Shown: piece after piece, positions 37,933 through 51,641 of the stretch | How the letters are laid out: each line of letters starts with the position of its first letter | How positions within the stretch are numbered: position 1 is the stretch's first letter | Source of the DNA: Lytechinus pictus | Taxonomy: Eukaryota | Assembly (NCBI RefSeq): GCF_037042905.1 | Contig: NC_087252.1 | Span: forward strand, 18,664,001-18,728,000 | Length of the DNA: 64,000 bases | Direction: 5' to 3' | Notes under the pieces: model-generated | What the model was told of the DNA's origin: nothing | Databases searched by the model: none | What the model saw: only the letters and a program-made list of their open reading frames with translations | Position numbers and translations under genes: made by a program

Positions 37933-40900
37933 CATGGGCGTCAATCCGAATTAGACCGTGGGGGGGGGGGGTGGGGGGGTGGCGGCACAAGTTCAGCGAG
38001 AATGGGGGAGGGGAAGGTTCAGAGGATATAGATGGCGGTATTTACAAGGTATGTGGCATAGTGGTTAACATATTCCCCATCCTCCCAATATAAATTTAAT
38101 ATCAGATACATTGAAATAATAGGCTGAATAAAACAAGAGTAAAGAAAAAGTTAAATGTTTGCATTGTTTCCTAAAAAGCGAAAATGTTCCATGATGTAAA
38201 ACTTCATCAGAATATCAATATCTAAATATTTTTGGATCCAAAAGGTAAGGGTTATATTATAGTAAGGACCACAAAAGCGCGCTCATCTTGGTTTCATAAA
38301 GCCCCGCCATACCAGACCAGTTCAGCTGTTTCATCACTACAATTCCTCTCTATATACAGTACGTCCCACAAAAAACGAAACCGAGATTTGTCAATGATTT
38401 ATCATAACTTAGTCACAAATACAATAGGAAAATTACCTACCATTGTAAAGCTTAGAATCTCTTCTTTCATCTGAAATTACTTAGATTATTTCTCATTCAC
38501 GCATGAGTGAGCAATAACAATTTGAAGAGGGGATACAAAAAAGTCATTTGGCGGGCTGTATCTGGGTTTCAAAAAGAAAACCACATTTTTAAAAAGTTCA
38601 ATAATTGCCCTTTAATTTGATACCTCAATTACAGAAAATGGTCAAGAAAAAACGCAGTTCTGGTTATTTGAAATAAGGCTTGAATTTTAATAACTTCATA
38701 AAATTAAGAGGTTCTACAGGCTAGCGTTCAAAATCACTTGACACTCCGTTTTATTGACGATCAGCCATGAATTAACTATTTTGTTAACCATGCGATAGCT
38801 TCTGTGTGAAACCGGTGAAAACACGTTTATTTAATGAAATTATGGAAATACAAGCATTGTTTCGATGGAACATAACTTTTTTTACTTCTTGACCATTTTT
38901 TGTGATTAAGGTATCAAATAAAAGAGCATATATTGAACTTTTAGGCATGTGATTTTCTTTTTGAAATTCAGATACCCCCCGCCAAATGAGTTTTAGGTAT
39001 CCTTTCTTCAAATTGTTTTTGCTCACTCATGCGTGAATGGGGAATAATCTTAGTAATATCAGATGAAAGAGGAGCTTCTAAGCTTTACATTGGTAGGTCA
39101 TTTGTCTATTATATTTGTTATTAAGTTATGATAAATCATCGCGTAATCTCGGTTTCGTTTTTTTCTGGGACGCACTGTATATCTCTCTCCCTGTATTCTT
39201 TCCATCTATCTCTCCGTCTCTGTATATCTTGATGTCTATTTTTTCTCTCGCATCTACTTGGTCTCGAACTTTTTTATCTCCATCTATATCTCTCGCTCTC
39301 TCTCTTTAAACTCTGTCTGTCATCTGTAAGAATTCAGAAAAGGCTAAAAATAAACACTTGTGACTTTGATAGTGTTTGAAAGTGACCACGGTTGGTATAT
39401 TTCTACCCTCCGCTCAATCATATAGTTGCAATAAAAAAACATTTCAGTGCACCATCCTGTTAGATTAAAAGTTTGACTGAACTAGAAAATAGTTACATGA
39501 TTACAGTCTATGATGAATCATCAGGAGTGAATTGATGTCATCCTCAAATCAAAGCAATGCATTGTGATTATTGTTATATCCTGATAAAGCCGAATATTAC
39601 TTGATACTAAAAAAAGACACAAATCATCTAGTGAAATTATATCATCTATAAAGTGATTTGCTGTAACTTTAATACTGCGTTGGTCTAGATCAGTCAGACC
39701 GCAGGTCCCTATGCTAATGAGCAAAAAGGCCAGATTCATCCAAATCATCTCGTGGCTGAATCCTCATCCTTGCAAAATTTCGTGATTCGTGAGATTTTCT
39801 TTCTCTAAGAATTTACCTGTTTTGACCTCAAGTTAAATGAAATATTATTAAACCATCAGATAGAGTAAATGTTATTCATTATTGGTCATTTATTTTGTAT
39901 ACAATATTTTGATAATTAAGTAAATTTCTGGCCTGAAAATGTGCCTCAAAACTGAATTTTCTTCCTCTGTTTTCTTTTGCAAATTGTGCAAAACTTTTTA
40001 TTTTGAGCCTCAATGATATATATATATATATATTTCTGTACTTTCTTACAATGCCACTCTTGATGCGAGGCACCTTTAAATCGGGTCAAGATCACACTTT
40101 TCCCACCAAGGTACAAGACGAGATTTCTGAAATTTTGTACTTGCATGAAATCCAGAGTTCTGATTGGCTGGATAAGTTCACAGAACAACAGGCGCGGGTA
40201 ATTTGAGGAGATTACCACATGGAAAGTGTGACCTTCCCATAAACCCAGGCACTGGAACCGTTGGAATGTGCCAGTGTGTGGTCTCTTTGACCAACCAGAG
40301 TGCAGTGTTTTTGTTTTCAAGCTGCTTTATATACTTGGCCAATGAAAAGTGTGATCTCGACCCGATTAAACCAATTCTTATTTTGAAACCTATACCATTT
40401 TAAGCATACATATTCAGCTTTATCATGATCTAAAAATCATTTGGGCTCAAAGACAAATAAAGTGTGAAAATAGCAGCTTTTGTCAGGTGAAAATAATTAT
40501 TTTGTAGCATATTTTAGATCAAAATTTTAACCTATATTACAAAATCTTTGAATAAATTCAAACACATGACCTGAAAGAATGATTCTTCGTCTTTACAATG
40601 ATACCAAAATCATGAAATTTGATGCACAATTAGAGCAGCAATGACCGAATGAAAAGAGGTGTTTTGGTCTGCATCAAGCTCATTAAATATGCAAAACATC
40701 TCAAGTCATGAATATCACTTGGATGAAAGAAGGCACTTTCTTGGGACCTGCCGACTGACTGAGATATAATGTTAGATCTAACAACAGTTAGATCTAGATC
40801 TACTTCCATCAATTAAATGTGCAACTTAAACTTAAAAGAGAAAATCTATTATTGCAACACCCCTTTAGACATTCATAGTCAGAATAAGAAGAGAAAATTC

Positions 40901-41168
40901 TTAATTTTAGTTAGGCCTGCAGTCTAAGCTTTTAAAAGCTTTTTTGCCTTCGATGTTCTCCCCATCTTATTGTAACTCAAAAGTAACTTCATAACAAAGA
41001 GAATTGATCTAGGGCTTAATGAAAAGATGAATGACCAAAAATATATTTTGAATGGGAAAACACAAAATCAAAGAAAAAAAAGGAAGAAAGAAGAAGAAAA
41101 ATAATGATAAGAAGAAAAATAAACATAATGTCATTTTCGGAAAATTCATGAGGGGATTGACGCCCATG
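37933..41168. mobile_element. hAT-like non-autonomous element (3.2 kb)
   Basis: Perfect 15-bp TIR CATGGGCGTCAATCC, with 8-bp flanks TGATAAAG/AGCTAAAG (6/8 identical). Confidence 0.75.
38357..39177. mobile_element. Tc1/mariner-type MITE, copy A
   Basis: TA|CAGTACGTCCCA…TGGGACGCACTG|TA with long inverted arms. Confidence 0.9.
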
Positions 41169-41247
41169 AGCTAAAGGTTCTTTTCGGATGTTCTTTTAGT
41201 TGACCCTAAATCACCCGTTGGTCCTCATTAAGTGAGTAATCCTCATA

Positions 41248-41981
41248 CAGTGCGTCCCACAAAAAACGAAACCGAGAATTATCATAACTTAATCACAAAT
41301 AAAATATACAAATGACAAACCATTGTAAAGCTTAGAATCTCCCCTTTTATCTGAAATTATTCAGATTTTTTCTCATATTTACGCATGAGTGAGCAAAAAC
41401 CAATTTGAAGAGGGGATACCAAATAACCACATTAAAAAAAAGTTCAATATCTACTCTCTAAAATGATACCTCAATTAGAAAGAATGGTCAAGAAATCACA
41501 AAGTTCTGGTTATTTCAAATAAGGCTTGAATTTCAATGATTTCATAAAATGAAAAGGTTTTACAGGCCATGCATTAGGTCTTTTGTTAACCGAAAGATAG
41601 CTTCTGTGTGGAACCGGTGAAAACACATTTTTCTAACGTAATTATGGAAATACAAGCATGGTTTTGAGGGAACAGAACTTTTGTACTTCTTGACCATTTT
41701 CTGTAATTAAGGTATCAAATAAAAGAGCAGATATTGAACTTTTTAGGTATGGGGTTTTCTTTTTTAAATTCGGATACCCCCCCGCCAGATGAGTTTTTAT
41801 TATAATTTCTTCATATTGTTTTTGCTCACTCATGCGTGAATGAGGAATAATGTAAATAATTTCAGATGAAAGAGGAGATTCTAATTTTTACATTGGTGGG
41901 TCATTTTGTCTATTGTACTTATGATTAAGTTATGATAAATCATCGCTAAATCTCGGTTTCGTTTTTTTGTGGGACGCACTG
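41248..41981. mobile_element. Tc1/mariner-type MITE, copy B (same family as A)
   Basis: TA|CAGTGCGTCCCAC…GTGGGACGCACTG|TA. Confidence 0.9.
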
Positions 41982-44061
41982 TATATTAATTTGCGGAAGT
42001 AAGTATACCGTTCTAGATGTGGAATCTTCCCGAAACATCCTTTCTTTCAGTATGCATTCTATTCAAATCATCTATCATACTCCACCATTCTTTTGTGTTT
42101 GTGCTTTGCAATTTTTCTAACCTTGTTAACATGTGTGCTCTTCTTTCTTTAATAGTTGGTTTTGGTTTTTCTTGAATAATTTCCTACATGTACTTAACGA
42201 CACAATTTCTTAACTCTTTTTTTTTGTAACTGCTTCTGTTTGTCTATCATATTAAAACTTTTTATATTTTCTTCGTAATTTTTTTTCTCGATAGTTTCCT
42301 TGGTATTTGAGCTGAATCAGAAATGTGTAAAATACAGTCAGTGTATGAGCTTGTTCACCGCAGTATCTATTCCGCATTCATCTAACATGTGATGATTAAT
42401 CCTGTCCCTGTTTTGAGGTTCTTTCAGGACCCTTACAAATTGTTCTCTGTTAAACTGACCCTGTAATCGAAAAAGATATGGGGTTGCTCTAAGACATTGT
42501 TTTCACATCGATTTTTTGTACCTCTCTGTAATGATTTGCCCTAATTAGCCCGGGTTATAATTGACAAAGGTGCCACACGGAAAAGTAGAAACTTTGATAT
42601 AGTGCTTCTAGTCCAGTTTTTACGCTGAATATGAATATATGAGTTAACCAGGCTGTATCATGAAAATAAACCAATTTTTTCTAAATGGCCGCCAAATTTC
42701 CCGAACATTTGAATTTTCGTACATAGATTTTGACATAAACATTTCATTGCCACAAAATTAGTATCATATGAAAGACAAATAAATTCCCTACAATTTTGTA
42801 CTACGTATAGGGGATAGGTAGGTCATTTGGCCGAGACTTTAAGTAGAAAACTGCATTTTTTGTATTTTTTCCCCAAATTTGAAAATTTTGCAAATACATA
42901 TTTTTTTTATTCTAAGAAAAATGAATCAATTACCTTGAAATGTTACAGAAAAATTTATTGATATACTATTATCATGTGGATGAAATTACAATTCTGTATC
43001 ATTCTTTTTAGCAAATTTATAAGGCATCAAACTTGAATACTTCAATTTCAGAAATGTCGCTTTTTGTATGCATTTTCATAGACTAATACGTATAACATGT
43101 TTAATATGTATAATGTATAGTTAAAACTTAAATCTCCGCTCGTTAATTACTTGGAGAGTAGGCCTTTCTCTATCAGCTACGTAAAACAAAATGTGGCCTA
43201 ACATTCTCAGGGGTTGGGGTGTCGAAGTCCCCCCCCCCCATCCGTGGCTATATCATGTTGATGTATATTGCCTTTTTATTGAAAAATCACTTCTTGGGGG
43301 GGGGTGTGGAAGTCACCCCTCCCCCATTTGCTTCTTGCCAATTTATTTGGAAATTCACCATTTTGGACCCAACATTGAGGCAAAAAAGTGTTCGTGCTTT
43401 ACAGTACACCCCATTTTATTGATTTGAAAGAGTAGAGTTCGTTCTACCAGCCACATATTATTAAGAAGCGCTGGCACATCGAACCCTAGCCCTCTCAGGT
43501 GCTAAGTCTCCACCTCCTCTATATCGTGTATATTGCTTATTTATTGGAAATTTATTCATATGGATCACCAATTGAGGCATATGGGCGTTTCTACTATATA
43601 TCATATACAGCTAATTTTCTTGCATTGACTTGGAAAGGAAAGAGTAGGCTATGCTCTATCACCTACATATTAACAAGTGCTGGCAAATAACAGCCTACCC
43701 CCTCCGGAATGCTGTTGAAATCACCCCATACCTTTTGTAATATTGCATATTTATTGAAAAAAAATCACCATTTTGAAGCCCCCATTTAGGAAAAAAGGCG
43801 TTTTTGATATACATGTATATTTCTGCCTCTTTTACTACCTTGAAACCACTTAGGAGGATATAATAGGTTTTGCTTTATCAGCCACATATAAAAAAAGTGC
43901 TGGCAAATAAAAGCCTACCCCCTCCGAGAGGGTGTAGAAATTAGCCCGTCCCTTTGCATTATTGCCTATTTATTGAAAAATTCACAATTCTGAAGCCCCC
44001 ATTGAGGCAAAAAGTCATTTCTAATTACAATTCTGCCTTTTTTTACTACATTAAAACCAAT

Positions 44062-45085
44062 TTTAATAAATCCTTGAATTTTTAATTTATGTAATAACTG
44101 AAATGACATTCCTCCAGTTATTATGGATGGCAAGATTATTTCCCAGGTATCAAATATAATTTTTTTAGGTATCAAGATCAATGAATTTCTATCCTGGAAA
44201 CCTCATATTGATGAATTATGCACTCGTTTATCAAAAAGTACTGGTGTCCTCCGCAAACTGAAGTTTATTTTACCCAGACATGTATTAATATCACTTTATA
44301 ATACTTTGGTTTTACCCCATCTCACTTATTGCTGTATGCTATGGGGGAATGGATTAAAAACACATTTGCATAGATTATTTCTTATTCAAAAAAGGTTAAT
44401 CAGAACAGTTTGTAATGCACATTTCAATAGTCACACAAACAAGTTATTTCTTGATTGTAAAATATTGAAAATTTCTGACTTGGTTCTTATGTATACTTAT
44501 ATATTTATGTACAATTACCATTCAAATCTCTTGCCAAATATTTTTGATAATCTCTTCAACACAAATGCCTCTTTCCATTCATACTTTACGCGTCATTCAG
44601 CAGATCTTCACCAATATCTTCCAAAAACTAAAATTACCCAAAATTCTCTACGTTGTAGAGGAATTAAGCTGTGGAATGATTTAAATAATGATATTAAACA
44701 AAGTAAAACCATAAATAAGTTTAAAATACTCTTGAAAGTTGAATTTTTTGCTCAGTATAAAAACTCCTGCCAATAGCACACTGTAGGTCACTATTATTTA
44801 TAATTATTACTTCTAGTTTGCTTGTTTGTTTATTTCCCCTATGTTAGCCCATTGTTTTTTTTTGTTTTTTTAATTGTATTTCAATGTTATTTGTTGTTCA
44901 CTCTTTATGTACATGTATGTATTATATTAATTTGTATTTGATTGTACCATGGTGGTGCCCCACTCACAAGTTTTTTTTAATGAAAACTTCTAGGGGCTCC
45001 CAATCCCATGTTTTTACCTAATTTGTATATACCTGTATTTTTATGATTGATTGATTGAAATAAATTTTGAATTGAATTGAAAAAT
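44062..45085 (+). mobile_element. 5'-truncated CR1/L2-group LINE
   Basis: ORF 44123..44776 (FLGIKI…LSWKPHI…LYNTLVLPHLTYC…WN.L), ending in an (ATTG)n/(TTGAA)n tail. Confidence 0.85.
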
Positions 45086-47065
45086 TGAAATAAAAAATGA
45101 TGGTTAACATTATCAAAAGCTTTTTTGAAAAAAAAAATGAAATAACCTGGAAGATTTAGGTGCGAACAAAAATCAATTACATCTTTAACCAAACGAACAT
45201 TTTCCGAAGCTGAACGCAATTTTAGATAACCAGTTTGTTCATTAGAAATGATTTTATCGATAACACGTTGAAGACGTGAACAAATAACTTTGGCTGCAAT
45301 TTTGTAATCGATGTTTAGAAGTGATATAGGACGCCGATTGTCGAGTAAACCTCTGTCACTTTTTTTTATGTAACAATATCAAAATACCTTGCTTTTGAGA
45401 TTCTGACAACTTATTATTTCTGTAACCTTCATTCAAACTATATATAACCATATATTTTATATCTTGCCAAGAAAATTGATAAAATTCTGCTGATAGTCCA
45501 TCGCTACCTGGAGTCTTGTTACCTTTCATTGATTTCAAAGCTTTGTAACACTCGGATTCTGTTAGTAAACCTTCGCGAAGGTCAGCTTCTGATTCCGACA
45601 GGGTAGTAAACTCAAAATCATTCAAATAATCATATATTTATGTTACAAGAACATTATTCTTATTTGAATATAGAGTTTGGTAGTATTCAAAGATTTCTTT
45701 TAAAATGGCTTCTTCATCAAGAATGACATCTTTATCCCGTTTCTAAAAGTCTAGATGTTTCTTTATCCCGTTCCTTTTTTCCAAGTTGAGAAAATATTTT
45801 GATGATTTTTCGCCTTCTTCCATCCATTTTTCACGGGATCTCACAAAGGCACCTTTACATTTATCTTCAATTAATTTATCAATCTGCTCAGTACCATCGT
45901 TAAGTTCAGTGAGATTATTGTCACTCGCCTTTCTCACCTGAAACCCCGACACTGAAAAAATCCAACAAAAAACCTCCGAAGCGGAAAAGAAAAGAAAAAT
46001 CAAACACAGGAAGATAAATTGATGGAAACAAATGATGGAAACGAATGAAAGAACGCCGGAAAACTCAACCCTACTAACATGGCTATTAACTCAAAAGTTC
46101 TACATTTGATTTCGGTCAATGTGAGAGGAATACGAAATAAAAAGAAACGAGAAAAAATATTCAAATGGTTAGGTTTTCAAAAATACGATATCGTTTTGAT
46201 GCAAGAAACTTTTATAACCAAGGACCTTGAACCAATATTAAATATAGAAAGAAAATGTTCATTATTTTTTAACAACGGTACCAACCATTCAAAGAGTGTT
46301 TTAATTGAAATAAAGGATGGTTTACCTATAGGTATCATATAATGTATTAGACAGCCGGTGGCCGTGTGATTGGTATTCGTTTATCTTACATCAATGAGTT
46401 TTATTTTATTGTAAATGTTTATGCTCCGACAAAATCATCGGAAAAGTCTATTTTTTTGAGGTTTACTTTCATGGCTGAAAGCACACGTACATAAAGATGA
46501 TTTGCTATTATTGGGTGGAGACTGGAATTCAGTTAAAAGTTCATGTATGGACACCCAAGGAATAAGTCATGCATATAAACCTAATGACCTGTTGCAAAAT
46601 ATATGTAAAAAAGTTGAACTTAGTAGACATCTGGAGAAAATGTCACCCTTCACTCAAACAATTTACTTGGCGGCAATACTTACTTGGCTATTACTCCCGA
46701 TTAGACTATTGGTTGATATCATATAATTTATGTTCATTTGTACATTCCGCAGATATAAGACCCATTCTGAAATGTGATCAAAACGCTGTGTCTCTAAAAC
46801 TTACAATTTCATCTTCAGTTAAGGGCAAAGGTATATGGAAATTTAATAACTCACTTCTTAGAGACGACATATTTAAAGGGAACAATCAGAAATATCATAA
46901 AGAAAGTAAAACTAGAATATAAAAACTATAATGATCAAATGTTATGGGATTTATGCAAGATTAAAATCAAAGACTATTCAATAAAATACTCAAAGACAAT
47001 ACAGAAGGATAGAAACCAAATATATCATACTTTGCAAAGAAAACTTGAAATCCTTTCGAAAGCAA
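45086..47065. mobile_element. L1/Tx1-clade LINE fragment with an inverted 5' part
   Basis: Plus strand 46079-47065 is the endonuclease (NVRG, QET, NVYAP, GDWN, SRLDY, WKFN). Minus strand ~45935-45086 is linker and RT (RSREKW, KTPGSDG, RPISLL, KAFD). Confidence 0.85.
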
Positions 47066-50000
47066 ATTTCTGACATATAGATCTGCCACTTTTAATGTCT
47101 TGAACCCACTTAGGGAGGAAAGAGTAGGTTTTGCTTTATTAGCCACATATAAAGAAGTTCTTGCAAATAAAAGCCTACCCCCTTCAAAAGGTTGTCGAAA
47201 TCACACCATCCCTTTTGCATTATTGCCTATTTATAAAAAAAAAATCACCACTTTGGAGCCCCCATTGAGGCAAAAAGTAATTTCTGATTATGGTTCTGCC
47301 CTTTTTCACCCTTAAAACCACTTGGAGAGAAAAGAATAGGCTTTGCTTTAACAGCTACATATAAAGACATGCTCGCAAATAATTGCCTATCCCCATCAGA
47401 GGGCTGTTGAAATCACCCCACCCCTTATTCATTATTGCTTGTTTATTGGAAAATATCATCATTTTGCAGGCCCCATTGAGGCAAAAAGGCGGTTCTGATA
47501 TATAGTTCTGCCACTGTTACCGCCTTGAAACTATTTGGAGAGGAAAGAGTAGGCTTTCCTTTATCAGCTACATATAAAGAAGTGCCTCTAGTATATACCA
47601 GAAACACATTTTCGCCTTAATGGGGGCTCCAAAATGGCGAGTTTTCCAATGAATTGGCAAAAGTCGTAAAAAAAGGTGGAATAACATCTATAGTCCCCTG
47701 AAGTGGGTAAGGATTCGATATGGCGGCAATTCGTTATATATAACTGAAAGAGGGTAACCTACTCTTTCCTCTCCAAGTGGTTTCAAGAAAGTTAATTTGG
47801 GTGTTTTATACCGCAGAAGTGCATATTGCCTCAATGGGGGCTCAAAAATTGTTAATTTTCAATTGATTATGCAATTATGCAAAAGGGGTGGGGTGATTTG
47901 ACAGCCGCCCAGATGGGTAAGCTTTAATGTGCCAGCACTTTTTTATAGGTAGCTGATAGAGCAAAGCATATTCGTTCTCCTTAATTGATTTCAAGTAGTA
48001 AAATGGCAGGACTTTATATTAGAGATGCCTTTTTATCTCAATGAGGGTTAAAAAATAGTGAACTTTCCAATAAATAGGCAGTTATGCAAAGGGGGAGGGG
48101 GTGATTTTGACAGCCCCCAGAAGGGGGTAGGCTTATATTTGCCAGCACATCTTTATAGCTGATAGATCAAAGCCTATTCTTTCCTCTCTAGGTGGTTTCA
48201 AGGCAATAGAAGTGGCAAAACTATATATCAGAGACGCCTTTTTGCTTTAATGGGGGCTCCAAAATGATAAATTTTAAACAAATAGCCAACTACCAAAAAT
48301 TAGCGGGGTAACTTCTACAACCACCTGAAGGAGATAGGCTTCGAGTTGCAAACACTTCTTTATGTGTATCTGATAGAGCAAAACCTACTCTGTCCTCTCC
48401 AAGTCATTGCAAGAAAATACAATTTGCTGTATTATATAGTAAAAGCGCCCTTTTGCCTTAATGTGTGATCCAAAATTGTGACTGTCCAATAGAGAGTAAA
48501 ATACCGAAAATTGGTGGGGTAAAATGTACAGCCCACTGAACATTCTGAAGGGGATAGGCTTCGATTTGTCATCACCTCTTTATATGTAGCTGAAAGAGCA
48601 AAGCTTACTCTTTCTTCTCCAAGTGGTTTCAAAGCAATCAAAGTGGCTGTGCTGTGTAGCAGAAATGCCTGTTTTTGCCTCAATGGGTGCTCTAAAAAAC
48701 AGTGATTTTTCCAACAAATAGGCAATATACAACAACATGATATAGCAAAGGGCAGGGGGTGACCTCGACAACCCCACCCATGAGAGGGTCAGGCCTTGAT
48801 GTGCCAGTCATTGCAAGAAAATAAAATTGGCTGTACTATATAGTAGAAACGCGCTTTTGCCTTAATGGGTGATCCAAAATGGTGAAATATCCAATAAATA
48901 GGCAATATACATGATCTAGAAGAGAGAGAGAGAAGGGGGGGGGGGGTGACTTACACAGCCCCTAAGAGGGCTATGGTTTGATGTGCCAGCGCTTATTTAT
49001 ATGTCACTGGTAGAACAGACTCTACTCTCTCCTCTCTAAGTGGTTTCAAATTAACAACATTTGGTGTACAGCAAAGCACAAACGCTTTTAGGCCTCAATG
49101 TTGGGTCAAAAATTGTGAATTTTCAAATAAATTGGCAATATTAAGCAAAAGCCCCTCCCCCCCTGAGAGCTCTATTTGCCACTTCTTTAGATGTAGCTGG
49201 TAGAGCTAAGCCTACTCTTTCCTCTCCAAGTGGTTTCAAAGCAATCAAAGTGGCTGTGATGTGTAGCATAAATGCCTGCTTTTGCCTCAATGGGTGCTCA
49301 AAAAAACAGTGATTTTTCCAACAAATAGGCAATATACAACAACATGATATAGCAAAGGGCATGGGGGGGGGGGGGACTTCGACACCCCCACCCCATGAGA
49401 GGGTCAGGCCTTGATGTGCTAACATTTTTTTAAATGTAGTTGATAGAGAAAAGCCTACTCTTAACTCTCCAAGTGATTTACGAGCGGAGATTTAAGCTTT
49501 AACTATACATTATACATATTTTACATGTTATACGTACTAGTCTATGGAAATGCGTACAAAAAGCGACATTTCTGAAATTGAGATATTCAAGTTTGATACC
49601 TTATAAATTTACTAAAAAGAATGATACAGAGTTGAAATTTCAGCCACATGATAATAGTATATCAATAAAGTTTTCTTGAACATTTCAAGGCAATTGATTC
49701 ATTTTTCTTAGAATTACAAAAAATCACGTATTTGGAAAATTTTCAATTGTTGGGGAAAAATTACAAAAAATGCAGTTTTCTACTTAAAATCCCGGCCAAA
49801 TTACCTATTTATCCCTTGTAAATACTCCTAAATTGTAGGAAATTTATTTGTCTTTCATATGACACTGATTTTGTGGCATTTTAATATTTATGTCAAAATC
49901 TATGTACGAAAATTCAAATGTTCGGAAAATTTGGCGGCCCTTTTGAAAAAGCGCCCTCACGGGTTAATTTTCTGGAAACAGCCTGGTTACCTCATATATT

Positions 50001-50770
50001 CATATTCAGCGTAAAAAAACTGGACTTGAAGCACTATTTCAAAATTTTTACTTTTCTGTGTGGTACCTTGCTCAATTATAACACGGACTAAATCTTTACC
50101 TCTATAGTGGTCTGAATGAGTCGTTAAAGGTAATACATGGAAGAATGTGATTTTATCGTAGAAATCACAATCTGCCAGGTTATAGCCCATAACGCTCGGT
50201 GTAGCACCATTAACTCCGTAATACATAAAATATCCATTCGTGTCTCCGAATGCTTATGTGTATATCAGCATAGGTTTTATTTTCATGCATGCACGTGTAT
50301 TATCCAATGGTGAATTATCCACAATGTATTCGTTATAGAGTACCTTAAGGTAACGTAATCAATTCTCCATTTTTATTTGCATTTCAACATTTCTGATACC
50401 ATATTTTGGTAGAACATAATGAAATACCATAACCTAAATGTTGTGGGATTCAGTTCATGCTTGTAGCCAAAGATACAACATCATGAGTACATAATTAACT
50501 CCACTGAAGATTTTGAAATCAATGTATCATTGGCCTTATTCATAGACTTTAGAACCCGGCCAATAATACACGGACTCCACTTCGGCTAATTATATATTCG
50601 AGAGGTCATATATTGTGCCCACGTGGACTGATTTCCCCCAAATTTTGGTTATTGAGATTTTCCATCATGCCCCGACGAGGTGTGGTAAAAATTACGCTGA
50701 AATAAAAAAATAGACGTTATCGCTTCGGTACTAAATCAGGTAGACCTTCCATGATTTCTTTGTTTTCCAG

Positions 50771-50848
50771 TGCCAATCATTACATCAGAATTAGAAAACA
50801 TGTCTGCGACTGAATCCACTGTACCCAAGCCACGGCGTCGCCGTCAAG
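50771..50848 (+). CDS. Possible 78-nt phase 1-1 exon ending in an RRRR furin-like site
   Basis: TTTCTTTGTTTTCCAG|…PIITSELENMSATESTVPKPRRRRQ…AAG|GTAATT. No homology recognised. Confidence 0.25.
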
Positions 50849-51208
50849 GTAATTTTTTTCTTTAAAATGTTTGTAAATGCAGTATTCAGTAAGTAATGAG
50901 AAATTATAAAATATTCTTATGCCTGGAAGGTGCCTGAACCAAAACAATGATATTATCAAACGAATTTGTAGGCCCTATTTTATTCGTGTTACATGCCATA
51001 TTTTTTCAGGAACATGTTAACCCTTATAGTACAGAACCATTTTGCTGCCCAATTAAATACCCGAAGAGAAAGATATCGGCTGTATACAGCACGATCGTGC
51101 TGAAAATCGTCACACGCGTTGTCCACGATGATACTTCATGAAATTTGTTTTTGTTTTCTTTTGCCCCTAATCGCTGAATTATGCTCCGAAATACCAAAGG
51201 CAAATATG

Positions 51209-51641
51209 CCCGGGGGGGGGGGGGTCAATCAAATCTATTGCTGTACAAAAAAACGCGTTTTAAAGGGGCGTTTTTTTCCAGTTTTGGACGCGGGTCGCAC
51301 GTGCACTCGTAAAGTATCAAAAACACCGTTTTTCAAACAAGGGTGGTTTCGAAAGACTGGTCAGTGGTCAATCGCGGGGTCAAACGCAGTTAGGGTATGT
51401 TGTTTCCAAAAAATTTTAAATATTTTTTTTGACTAGCCATACGTTTATAGGGTATTTTTTTCCCCAAGCTTTTCCCCCGAGGCATATTCTGGCGACAGCT
51501 TGTTTAGGGGCCTAAATGTGTAATTGAAGCCCGCGAAAAACTTGTGTAGGGGGCTATTTTGCACACAGAGAAAAACTCGTTTAGGGTTTGTTTGGAAATA
51601 ATTTGGTCGCGCATGGATACAGCAATACATTTGACTGTCCC
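51209..51641. mobile_element. Small MITE
   Basis: CCCG(n)TCAATCAAATCTATTGCTGTAC is inverted relative to GATACAGCAATACATTTGACTGTCCC. Confidence 0.6.

Larger units (their letters stand above)
42546..50090. mobile_element. 7.5-kb foldback non-autonomous DNA transposon (Academ-like)
   Basis: TAGCCCGGGTTATAATTGA … TCAATTATAACACGGACTA with a 3-bp AAT duplication. TIRs exceed 600 bp and are followed by opposed ~200-215-bp tandem repeats. Confidence 0.85.
36165..50650 (-). mobile_element. Old RTEX-like LINE in four pieces (36165-37932, 41169-41247, 41982-42545, 50091-~50650)
   Basis: C-terminus RFRISSHNLPLET…GDECH…C at 36303-36641; RT start KAPGCDAILNEMLK at 37722-37907; linker …KEWWSMID… at ~42080; endonuclease end GDTNGYF…SVMGY…SDH at 50100-50250. 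Confidence 0.7.
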
